A stretch of DNA of 64,000 bases from Azolla caroliniana (lineage: Eukaryota > Plantae > Polypodiophyta): contig JBHGNT010000078.1 of assembly GCA_043228905.1 (NCBI GenBank), forward strand, positions 1 through 64,000. Reading direction: 5' to 3'. Below, piece after piece: positions 37,401 to 50,400 of the stretch. Below the pieces are notes generated by a model, which did no database searches, had not been told where the DNA came from, and saw only the letters and a program-made list of their open reading frames with translations. How positions within the stretch are numbered: the stretch's first letter is position 1; each line of letters begins with the position of its first letter. The translations under genes were made by a program, and so were the position numbers.

Positions 37401-40400
37401 GGGTCTTCTAAACTCCTTCCTCAAATTTGCTAATTTCTTCATGTCTCTCGACCTGAGTTTCAAAATCTTGATTTTTTAATCCAATATCATAGCTAGGAAT
37501 GTTAGCTTCGATTCACATTTTTGAACACAAAAATCCGATATCACATTTGCCAGGTATGAACATTTTAATTTAGTCACGGGGTCTTCTCAACTCCATCCTC
37601 AAATTTGCTAATTTCTTCCGTATCGTAGCTAGCGTTGTTAGCTTCGATTCGCATGTTTGAACACAAAAATCCGATATCACACCAGCCAGGTATGAACATT
37701 TTAATTTACTCACTAGGTCTTCTCCACTACCTTCTCAAATTTGCTAATTTCTTCATGTGTCTCGACCTGAGTTTCAAAATCTTGATATTCTAATTCAATA
37801 TCATAGCTAGTATTCTTAACTTCGAGTCGCTTGTTTGAATACAAAAATCCGATATCACACGAGCGAAGTAAGAACATTTTAATTTTTTCATGTCTCTCGA
37901 CCTGTGTTTCAAAATCTTGATTTTTTTATTCCATATCATAGCTAGCGTTGTTAGCTTCGATTCACATGTTTGAACACAATAATCCAATATCACACGACCC
38001 AGGTATGAACATTTTAATTTACTAACGCGCTCTTCTCCAATACCTCCTCAAATTTGCTAATTTCTTCATCTCTCTCGACCTGTGTTTCAAAATTATAATT
38101 TTTCAATTCTATATCATAACTAGCGTTCTTAGCTTCGATTCGCATGTTTGAACACAACAATCCGATATCACACGAGCCAGGTATGAACATTTTAATTTAC
38201 TAACGCGCTCTTCTCAACTCCTTCCTAAAATTTGCATATTTCTTCATGTCTCTGGACGTGAGTTTCAAAGTCTTAATTTTTAAATTCTATATCATAGCTA
38301 GCGTAGTTAGGTACGATTCGCATTTTTGAACACAAAAATGTGATATCCCATAAGCCAGGTATGAACATTTTAATTTACTCACGGGGTCTTCTCCACTACC
38401 TTCTCAAATTTGCTAATTTCTTCATGTCTCTCGACCTGAGTTTCAAAATCTTGATTTTTCAATTCTATGTCATAGCTAGTGTTGTTAGCTTCGATTCGCA
38501 TGTTTGAACACAAAAATCCAATATCACACGAGCCAGGTATGAACATTTTAATTTACTAATGCGCTCTTCTCCAATACCTCCTCAAATATGCTAATTTCTT
38601 CATATCTCTCGACCTGTGTTTCAAAATTATAGTTTTTCAATTCTATATCATAACTAGCGTTCTTAGCTTCGATTCGCAAGATTGAACACAAAAATCTGAT
38701 ATCACACTAGCCAGGTATGAGAATTTTAATTTACTGACGCGCTCTTCTCAACTCCTTCCTCAAATTTGCTAATTTCTTCATGTCTCTGGACCTGAGTTTC
38801 AAAGTCTTGATTTTTTAATTCTATATCATAGCTAGTGTTATTAGCTTCGATTCGCATGTTTGAACACAAAAATCCGATATCCCACAAGCCAGGCATGAAC
38901 ATTTTAATTTACTCACGGGGTCTTCTCCACTACCTTCTCAAATTTGCTAATTTCTTCATGTCTCTCGACCTGTGTTTCAAAATTATAATTTTTCAATTCT
39001 ATATCATAACTAGCGTTCTTAGCTTCGATTCGCATGTTTGAACACAAAAAGCCGATATCACACGAGCCAGGTATGAACAGTTTAATTTACTCACGGGGTC
39101 TTCTCCACTACCTTCTCAAATTTGCTAATTTCTTCATGTCTTTCGACCTGAGTTTCAAAATCTTGATTTTTTAATTCCATATCATAGCTAGTGTTGTTAG
39201 CTTCCATTCGCATGTTTGAACACAAAAATCCAATATCACACGAGCCAGGCTCTTCTCTAATACCTCCTCAAATTTGCTAATTTCTTCATGTCTCTCGACC
39301 TGTGTTTTAAAATTATAATTTTTCAATTCTATATCATAACTAGCGTTCTTAACTTCGATTCGCATGTTTGAACACAAAAATCTGATATCACACGAGCCAG
39401 GTATGAACATTTTAATTTACTAACGCGCTCTTCTCCAATACCTCCTCAAATTTGCTAATTTCTTCATGTCTCTCGACCTGTGTTTCAAAATTATAATTTT
39501 TCAATTCTATATCATAACTAGCGTTCTTAGCTTCGATTCGCAAGATTGAACACAAAAATCTGATATCACACTAGCCAGGTATGAGAATTTTAATTTACTG
39601 ACGCGCTCTTCTCAACTCCTTCCTCAAATTTGCTAATTTCTTCATGTCTCTGGACCTGAGTTTCAAAGTCTTGATTTTTTAATTCTATATCATAGCTAGT
39701 GTTATTAGCTTCGATTCGCATGTTTGAACACAAAAATCCGATATCCCACAAGCCAGGCATGAACATTTTAATTTACTAACGCGCTCTTCTCCAATACCTC
39801 CTCCAATTTGCTAATTTCTTCATGTCTCTCGACCTGTGTTTCAAAATTATAATTTTTCAATTCTATATCATAACTAGCGTTCTTAGCTTCGATTCGCATG
39901 TTTGAACACAAAAATCCAATATCACACGAGCCAGGTATGAACATTTTAATTTACTAACGCGCTCTTCTCCAATACCTCCTCAAATTTGCTAATTTCTTCA
40001 TCTCTCTCGACCTGTGTTTCAAAATTATAGTTTTTCAATTCTATATCATAACTAGCGTTCTTAGCTTCGATTCGCATGTTTGAACACAACAATCCGATAT
40101 CACACGAGCCAGGTATGAACATTTTAATTTACTAACGCGCTCTTCTCAACTCCTTCCTAAAATTTGCATATTTCTTCATGTCTCTGGACGTGAGTTTCAA
40201 AGTCTTAATTTTTAAATTCTATATCATAGCTAGCGTAGTTAGGTACGATTCGCATTTTTGAACACAAAAATGTGATATCCCATAAGCCAGGTATGAACAT
40301 TTTAATTTACTCACGGGGTCTTCTCCACTACCTTCTCAAATTTGCTAATTTCTTCATGTCTCTCGACCTGAGTTTCAAAATCTTGATTTTTCAATTCTAT

Positions 40401-43400
40401 GTCATAGCTAGTGTTGTTAGCTTCGATTCGCATGTTTGAACACAAAAATCCAATATCACACGAGCCAGGTATGAACATTTTAATTTACTAATGCGCTCTT
40501 CTCCAATACCTCCTCAAATATGCTAATTTCTTCATATCTCTCGACCTGTGTTTCAAAATTATAGTTTTTCAATTCTATATCATAACTAGCGTTCTTAGCT
40601 TCGATTCGCAAGATTGAACACAAAAATCTGATATCACACTAGCCAGGTATGAGAATTTTAATTTACTGACGCGCTCTTCTCAACTCCTTCCTCAAATTTG
40701 CTAATTTCTTCATGTCTCTGGACCTGAGTTTCAAAGTCTTGATTTTTTAATTCTATATCATAGCTAGTGTTATTAGCTTCGATTCGCATGTTTGAACACA
40801 AAAATCCGATATCCCACAAGCCAGGCATGAACATTTTAATTTACTCACGGGGTCTTCTCCACTACCTTCTCAAATTTGCTAATTTCTTCATGTCTCTCGA
40901 CCTGTGTTTCAAAATTATAATTTTTCAATTCTATATCATAACTAGCGTTCTTAGCTTCGATTCGCATGTTTGAACACAAAAAGCCGATATCACACGAGCC
41001 AGGTATGAACAGTTTAATTCACTCACGGGGTCTTCTCCACTACCTTCTCAAATTTGCTAATTTCTTCATGTCTTTCGACCTGAGTTTCAAAATCTTGATT
41101 TTTTAATTCCATATCATAGCTAGTGTTGTTAGCTTCCATTCGCATGTTTGAACACAAAAATCCAATATCACACGAGCCAGGCTCTTCTCTAATACCTCCT
41201 CAAATTTGCTAATTTCTTCATGTCTCTCGACCTGTGTTTTAAAATTATAATTTTTTAATTCTATATCATATCTAGTGTTGTTAGCTTCGATTCGCATGTT
41301 TGAACACAAAAATCTGATATCACACGAGCCAGGTATGAACATTTTAATTTACTAACGCGCTCTTCTCCAATACCTCCTCAAATTTGCTAATTTCTTCATG
41401 TCTCTCGACCTGTGTTTCAAAATTATAATTTTTCAATTCTATATCATAACTAGCGTTCTTAGCTTCGATTCGCATGTTTGAACACAAAAAGCCGATATCA
41501 CACGAGCCAGGTATGAACAGTTTAATTTACTCACGGGGTCTTCTCCACTACCTTCTCAAATTTGCTAATTTCTTCATGTCTCTCGACTTGAGTTTCAAAA
41601 TCTTGATTTTTTAATTCCATATCATAGCTAGTGTTATTAGCTTCAATTCGCATGTTTGAACACAAAAATCCAATATCACACGAGCCAGGTATGAACATTT
41701 TAATTTACTAACGCGCTCTTCTCCAATACCTCCTCAAATTTGCTAATTTCTTCATGTCTCTCGACCTGTGTTTCAAAATTATAATTTTTCAATTCTATAT
41801 CATAACTAGCGTTCTTAGCTTCGATTCGCATGTTTGAACACAAAAATCCGATATCACACGTGCCAGGTATGAACATTTTAATTTACTCACGGGGTCTTCT
41901 CCACTACCTCCTCCAATTTGCTAATTTCGTCATGTCTCTAGACCTGGATTTCAAAATTATAATTTTTCAATTCAATATCATAGCTGGCATTGCTAGCTTC
42001 GATTCTCATGTTTGAACACAAAAATTATAGCTATGAACATTTTAATTTACTCACGGGGTCTTCTCCACTACCTTCTCAAATTTGCTAATTTCTTCATGTC
42101 TCTCGACCTAAGTTTCAAAATCTTGATTTTTTAATTCCATATCATAGATAGTGTTGTTACCTTCGATTCGCATGTTTGAACACAAAAATCCAATATCACA
42201 CGAGCCAGGTATGAACATTTTAATTTACTAACGCGCTCTTCTCCAATACCTCCTCAAATTTGCTAATTTCTTCATGTCTCTGGACCTGTGTTTTAAAATT
42301 ATAGTTTTTCAATTCTATATCATAACTAGCGTTCTTAGCTTCGATTCGCATGTTTGAACACAAAAATCCGATATCACACGAGCCAGGTATGAACATTTTA
42401 ATTTATTGACGCGCTCTTCTCAACTCCTTCCTCAAATTTGCTAATTCCTTCATGTCTCTGGACCTAAGTTTCAAATTCTTGATTTTCTAATTCCATAACA
42501 TAGCTAGTGTTTTTAGCTTCGATTCGCATGTTTGAACACAAAAATCCGATATCCCACAAGCCAGGCATGAACATTTTAATTTACTCACGGGGTCTCCTCC
42601 ACTACCTTCTCAAATTTGCTAATTTCTTCATGTCTTTCGACCTGAGTTTCAAAATCTTGATTTTTTAATTCCATATCATAGCTAGTGTTGTTAGCTTCCA
42701 TTCGCATGTTTGAACACAAAAATCCAATATCACACGAGCCAGGCTCTTCTCTAATACCTCCTCAAATTTGCTAATTTCTTCATGTCTCTCGACCTGTGTT
42801 TGAAAATTATAATTTTCCAATTCTATATCATAACTAGCGTTCTTAGCTTCGATTCGCAAGTTTGAACACAAAAATCTCATATCACACGAGCCAGGTATGA
42901 GCATTTTAATTTTCTGACGCCCTCTTCTCAACTCCTTCCTCAAATTTGCTAATTTCTTCATGTCTCTGGACCTGAGTTTCAAAGTCTTGATTTTTTAATT
43001 CTATATCATAGCTAGCGTTGTTAGCTTCGATTCGCATGTTTGAACACAAAAATCCAATATCACACGAGCCAGGTATGAACATTTTAATTTACTAACGCGC
43101 TCTTCTCCAATACCTCCTCAAATTTGCTAATTTCTTCATGTCTCTCGACCTGTGTTTCAAAATTATAATTTTTCAATCCTATATCATAACTAGCGTTCTT
43201 AGCTTCGATTCGCATGTTTGAACACAGAAATCCGATATCACACGACCCAGGTATGAGCATTTTAATTTACTAATGCGCTCTTCTCAACTCCTTCCTGTCT
43301 TTGGACTTGAGTTTCAAAGTCTTGATTTTTTAATTCGATATCATAGCTAGTGTTGTTAGCTTCGATTCGCATGTTTGAACATAAAAATCTGATATCACAC

Positions 43401-44000
43401 GAGCCAGATATGAACATTTTAATTTACTCACGGGGTTTTCTCAACTCCTTCCTCAAGATTGCTAATTTCTTCATGTCTGTCGACCTGAGTTTCAAACTTA
43501 TAATTTTTCAATTCAATATCATAGCTAGCGTTGCTAGCTTCGATTCTCATGTTTGAACACAAAAATCTGATATCACACGAGCCAGCTATTAACATTTTAT
43601 TTTACTCACCGGGTCTTCTCACCTCCTTCCTCATCTTTGCTAATTTCTTAATATCTCTCAACCTGAGTCTCGAAATCTTGATTTTTTAATTCTATATCAT
43701 AGCTAGCGTTCTTAGCTTCGATTCACATTTTTGAACATAAAAATCCGATATCCCACAAGCCAGGCACGAACATTTTAATTTACTCACGGGGTCTTCTCCA
43801 CTAACTTCTCAAATTTGCTAATTTGTTTATGTCTCTCGACTTGAGTTTCAAAATCTTGATTTTTTAATTCCATATCATAGCTAGTGTTGTTAGCTTCGAT
43901 TCTCATGTTTGCACATAAAAATCTGATATCACACGAGCCAGGTATGAACATTTACTCACGGGGTTTCTCAACTCCTTCCTCAAGATTGCTAATTTCTTCA
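37400..44000 (+). repeat. Subfamily domain D (ACTAACGCGCTC, AATTATAATTTTTCAA, ATAACTAGCGTTCTTAGC) with 11-mer HOR, period 1932 bp, at ~37.95-41.45 kb
   Basis: ORF pairs 38835/40767 and 39171/41103 are offset by 1932 = 11x178-26. The 26-bp deletion GAGCCAGG|CTCTTCTC is present in both copies. Confidence 0.85.
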
Positions 44001-45840
44001 TGTCTGTCGACCTGTGTTTCCAAATTATAATATCACAAAATCTGATATCACAAAAGCCAGGTATAAACATATTAATTTACTCACGGGGACTTCTCCACTA
44101 CCTGTTCAAATTTGCTAACTTCGTCAAGTCTCTAGACCGGTGTTTCAATTCAATATCATAGCTAGCGTTGTTAGCTTCGATTCGCATGTTTGAACACAAA
44201 CATCCGATATCACACGAGCCAGGTATGAACATTTTAAATGATTGACGGGGTCTTCTCCACTACCTCCTCAAATTTGCTAATTTCTTCATGCCTCTCGACC
44301 TGAGTTTCAAAATCTTGATTTTTTAATTCTATATCATAGCTGGCGTTGTTAGCTTCGATTCGCATGTTTGAACACAAAAATCCGATATCACACGAGCCAG
44401 GTATGAATATTTTAATTTACTCACGGGGTCTTCTCAACTCGTTCCTCAAATATGCAAATATCTTCATGTCTCTCGACCTGTGTTTCAAAATCTTGATTTT
44501 TTAATTCCATATCATAGCTAGTATTCTTAGCTTTGATTCGCATGTTTGAACACAAAAATCCGATATAAATCGAGCCAGCTATGAACATTTTAATTTCCGA
44601 AGAGGGTCTTCTCCACCTGCTCGTCAAATTTGCTAATCTCTTCATGTCTCTCGACCTGAGTTTGAAAATGTTAATTTTTTAATTCCATACCATAGCTAGC
44701 ATTGTTAGCTTCGATTCGCATATTTGAACACAAAAATCCGATATCACACCAGCCAGGTATGAACATTATAATTTACTCACGGGGTCTTCTCCACTACCTT
44801 CCCAATTTTGCTAATTTCTTCATGTCTCTCGACCTGAGTTTCAAAATCTTGATTTTTTAATTCCATATCATAGCTAGTATTCTTAGATTCGATTCGCATG
44901 TTTGAACACAAAAATCCGATATCACACGAGCCAGGTATGAACATTTTAATTTACTCACTAGGTCTTCTCCACTACCTTCTCCAATTTGCTAATTTCTTCA
45001 TGTCTCTCAACCTGAGTTTCAAAATCTTGATTTTTTAATTCGATATCCTAGCTAGCGTTGGTACCTTCGATTCCCATGTTTGAACACAAAAATACGATAT
45101 CACACGAGCCAGGTATGAACATTTTCATTTACTCACCGGGTCTTCTCCACTACCTCCTCAAATTTGCTAATTTCTTGATGTCTCTTGAACTGAGTTTCAA
45201 AATCTTGATTTTTTAATTGCATATCATAGCTAGCGTTGTTAGCTTCGATTCGCATGTTTGAACAAAAAAATCCAATATCACACGAGCCAGGTATGAACAT
45301 TTTAATTTACTCACGGGGTCTTCTCAACTCCTTCCTCAAATTTGCTAATTTCTTCATATCTCTCGACCTGTGTTTCAAAATCTTAATTTTCTAATTCCAT
45401 ATCATAGCTAGCGTTGCTAGCTTCGATTCTCATGTTTGAACACAAAAATCCGATATCACACGAGCTAGATATGAACATTTTAATTTACACACCGGGTATT
45501 CTCAACGCCTTCCTCAAGTTTGCTAATTTCCTCATGTCTCTCGATCTGAGTTTCAAAATCTTGATTTTTGAATTCTATATCATAGCTAGCGTTTTAGTTC
45601 CGATTCGCATGTTTGAACACAAACATTCGATATCACACGAGCCAGGTATGAACATTTTAAATTACTGACGGGGTCTTCTAAACTCCTTCCTCAAATTTGC
45701 TAATTTCCTCATGTCTCTAGACCTGAGTTTCAAAATTATATTTTTTAATTCTATATCATAGCTAGCGTTGTTAGCTTCGATTCGCATGTTTGAACACAAA
45801 AATCCGATATCACACGAGCCAGGTATGAACATTTTAATTT
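42300..45840 (+). repeat. ~3.5-kb satellite block duplicated at 52400-55940 (offset 10,101 bp)
   Basis: ORF pairs 42665/52766, 43350/53451, 44421/54522 and 45414/55515 are all offset by 10,101, and the copies share rare junctions. Confidence 0.9.
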
Positions 45841-48800
45841 ACTCACGGGGTCTTCTCAACTCGTTCCTCAAATATGCAAATATCTTCATGTCTCTCGACC
45901 TGTGTTTCAAAATCTTGATTTTTTAATTCCATATCATAGCTAGTATTCTTAGCTTCTATTCGCATGTTTGAACACAAAAATCCGATATCACACGAGCCAG
46001 CTATGAACATTTTAATTTACTCACTAGGTCTTCTCCACTACCTTCTCAAATTTGCTAATTTCTTCATGTCTCTCAACCTGAGTTTCAAAATCTTGATTTT
46101 TTAATTCGATATCATAGGTAGCGTTGGTACCTTCGATTCCCATGTTTGAACACAAAAATACGATATCACACGAGCCAGGTATGAACATTTTAATTTACTC
46201 ACGGGGTCTTCTCAACTCCCTCCTCAAATTTGATAATTTCTTCATGTCTCTCGACCTGAGTTTGACAATGTTGATTTTTTGATTACATATCATAGCTAGC
46301 ATTGTTAGCTTCGATTCGCATTTTTGAACACAAAAATCCGATATCACAAAAGCCAGGTATAAACATATTAATTTACTCACGGGATCTTCTCCACAACCTA
46401 TTCAAATTTGCTAACTTCGTCAAGTCTCTAGACCGGTGTTTCAATTCAATATCATAGCTAGCGTTGTTAGCTTCGATTCGCATGTTTGAACACAAACATC
46501 CGATATCGCACGAGCCAGGTATGAACATTTTAAATTACTGACGGGGTCTTCTAAACTCCTTCCTCAAATTTGCTAATTTCCTCATGTCTCTCGACCTGAG
46601 TTTCGAAATCTTGATTTTTTAATTCTATATCATAGCTAGCGTTGTTAGCTTCGATTCGCATGTTTGAACACAAAAATCCGATATCACACGAGCCAGGTAT
46701 GAACATTTTAATTTACGCACGGGGTCTTCTCAACTCCTTCCTCAAATATGCAAATATCTTCATGTCTCTCGACCTGTGTTTCAAAATCTTGAGTTTTTCA
46801 TTCCATATCATAGCTAGCTTGGTTAGCTTCGATTTGCATGTTTGAACACATATATCCGATATAAATCGAGCCAGCTATGAACATTTTAATTTCCGGACAG
46901 GGTCTTCTCCACTACCTCCTCAAATTTGCTAATTTCTTCATGTCTCTCGACCTAAGTTTGAAAATCTTAATTTTTTAATTCCATATCATAGCTAGCGTTG
47001 TTAGCTTCGATTCGCATATTTGAACACAAAAATCCGATATCACACGAGCCAGGTATGAACATTTTAATTTACTCACTAGGTCTTCTCCACTACATTCTCC
47101 AATTTGCTAATTTCTTCATTTCTCTCAACCTGAGTTTCAAAATCTTGATTTTTTAATTCTATATCCTAGCTAGCGTTGGTACCTTCGATTCCCATGTTTG
47201 AACACAAAATTACGATATCACACGAGCCAGGTATGAACATTTTCATTTACTCACCGGGTCTTCTCCACTACCTCCTCAAATTTGCTAATTTCTTGATGTC
47301 TCTTGAACTGAGTTTCAAAATCTTGATTTTTTAATTGCATATCATAGCTAGCGTTGTTAGCTTCGATTCGCATGTTTGAACAAAAAAATCCAATATCACA
47401 CGAGCCAGGTATGAACATTTTAATTTACTCACGGGGTCTTCTCAACTCCTTCCTCAAATTTGCTAATTTCTTCATATCTCTCGACCTGTGTTTCATATCA
47501 TAGCTAGCGTTGTTAATTCCATATCATAGCTAGCGTTGTTAGCTTCGATTCGCATATTTGAACACAAAAATCCGATATCATAGCTAGCGTTGTTAATTCC
47601 ATATCTTAATTTTTTAATTCCATATCATAGCTAGCGTTGTTAGCTTCGATTCGCATATTTGAACACAAAAATCCGATATCACACCAGCTAGGTATGAACA
47701 TTATAATTTACTCACGGGGTCTTCTCCACTACCTTCCCAATTTTCCTAATTTCTTCATGTCTCTCGACCTGAGTTTCAAAATCTTGATTTTCTATTTCCA
47801 TATCATAGCTAGTATTCTTAGCTTCGATTCGCATGTTTGAACACAAAAATCCGATATCACACGAGCCAGCTATGAACATTTTAATTTACTCACTATGTCT
47901 TCTCCACTACCTTCTCAAATTTGCTAATTTCTTCATGTCTCTCGACCTGAGTTTCAAAATCTTGATTTTTTAACTCGATATCATAGCTAGTATTCTTAGC
48001 TTCGAGTCGCTTGTTTGAACACAAAAATCCGATATCACACGAGCCAAGTAAGAACATTTTAATTTACTGACGGGGTCTTCTCCACTACCTCCTCAAATTT
48101 GCTAATTTCTTCATGTCTCTCGACCTATGTTTCAAAATTATAATTTTTGAATTCAATATCATAGCTAACGTTGTTACCTTCGATTCACATGTTTGAACAC
48201 AAAAATCCCATAATACATGAGCTAGGTATGAACAATTTAATTTATTCACAAGGTCTTCTCCACCATCTCCTCAAATTTGCTAATCTCATCATGTGTCTAG
48301 ACCTGTGTTTCGAAATTATAATTTTTTAATTTCATATCATAGCTAGCGTTGTTAGCTTCGATTCACATGTTTGAACACAAATATCCGATATCACACGTGC
48401 TATGTATGAACATTTTAATTTACTGACACGCTCTTCTCCAGTACCGATATCATAGCTAGCGTTGTTAGCTTCGATTCGGAGGTTTGAACACAAAAATCCG
48501 ATATCACACGAGCCAGGTATGAACATTCTAATTTACTCACGGGGTCTTCTCAACTCCTTCCTCAGATTTGCTAATTTCTTCATTTGTCTTGACCTGTGTT
48601 TCAAAATCTTGATTTTTTAATTCCATATCATAGCTAGCGTTGTTAGCTTCGATTCGCATGTTTGAACACAAAAATACGATATCACACGAGCCAGGTATGA
48701 ACATTTTAATTTACTCACAGGGTCTTCTCAACTCCCTCCTCAAATTTGATAATTTCTTCATGTCTCTCGACCTGAGTTTGACAATCTTGATTTTTTGATT

Positions 48801-50400
48801 CCATATCATAGCTAGCATTGTTAGCTTCGATTCGCATTTTTGAACACAAAAATCCGATATCACAAAAGCCAGGTATAAACATATTAATTTACTCACGGGG
48901 TCTTCTCCACTACCTATTCAAATTTGCTAACTTCGTCAAGTCTCTAGACCGGTGTTTCAATTCAATATCATAGCTAGCGTTGTTAGCTTCGATTCGCATG
49001 TTTGAACACAAAAATCCGATATCACACGAGCCAGGTATGAACATTTTAATTTACTCACGGGGTCTTCACAACTCCTTCCTCAAATATGCAAATATCTTCA
49101 TGTCTCTCGACCTGTGTTTCAAAATCTTGATTTTTTAATTCCATATCATAGCTAGTATTCTTAGCTTCGATTCGCATGTTTGAACACAAAAATCCGATAT
49201 CACACGAGCCAGCTATGAACATTTTAATTTACTCACTAGGTCTTCTCCACTACCTTCTCAAATTTGCTAATTTCTTCATGTCTCTCGACCTGAGTTTCAA
49301 AATCTTGATTTTTTAATTCGATATCATAGGTAGCGTTGGTACCTTCGATTCCCATGTTTGAACACAAAAATACGATATCACACGAGCCAGGTATGAACAT
49401 TTTAATTTACTCACGGGGTCTTCTCAACTCCCTCCTCAAATTTGATAATTTCTTCATGTCTCTCGACCTGAGTTTGACAATGTTGATTTTTTGATTCCAT
49501 ATCATAGCTAGCATTGTTAACTTCGATTCGCATAAACTCCTTCCTCAAATTTGCTAATTTCCTCATGTCTCTCGACCTAAGTTTCAAAATTTTGATTTTT
49601 TAATTCTATATCATAGCTAGCGTTGTTAGCTTCGATTCGCATGTTTGAACACAAAAATCCGATATCACACGAGCCAGGTATGAACATTTTAATTTACTCA
49701 CGGGGTCTTCTCAACTCGTTCCTCAAATATGCAAATATCTTCATGTCTCTCGACCTGTGTTTCAAAATCTTGATTTTTTAATTCCATATCATAGCTAGTA
49801 TTCTTAGCTTCTATTCGCATGTTTGAACACAAAAATCCGATATCACACGAGCCAGCTATGAACATTTTAATTTACTCACTAGGTCTTCTCCACTACCTTC
49901 TCAAATTTGCTAATTTCTTCATGTCTCTCAACCTGAGTTTCAAAATCTTGATTTTTTAATTCGATATCATAGGTAGCGTTGGTACCTTCGATTCGCATAT
50001 TTGAACACAAAAATCCGATATCACACCAGCTAGGTATGAACATTATAATTTACTCACGGGGTCTTCTCCACTACCTTCCCAATTTTCCTAATTTCTTCAT
50101 GTCTCTCGACCTGAGTTTTAAAATCTTGATTTTCTAATTCCATATCATAGCTAGTATTCTTAGCTTCGATTCGCATGTTTGAACACAAAAATCCGATATC
50201 ACACGAGCCAGCTATGAACATTTTAATTTACTCACTATGTCTTCTCCACTACCTTCTCAAATTTGCTAATTTCTTCATGTCTCTCGACCTGAGTTTCAAA
50301 ATCTTGATTTTCTAAATCGATATCATAGCTAGTATTCTTAGCTTCGAGTCGCTTGTTTGAACACAAAAATCCGATATCCCACAAGCCAAGCATGAACATT
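44000..50400 (+). repeat. C-like subfamily domain, more rearranged
   Basis: Domain-C markers return (CTAGACCGGTG, CCGAAGAGGG, GTTTGACAAT, CTCACTAGGTC), together with several complex junctions. Confidence 0.75.
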
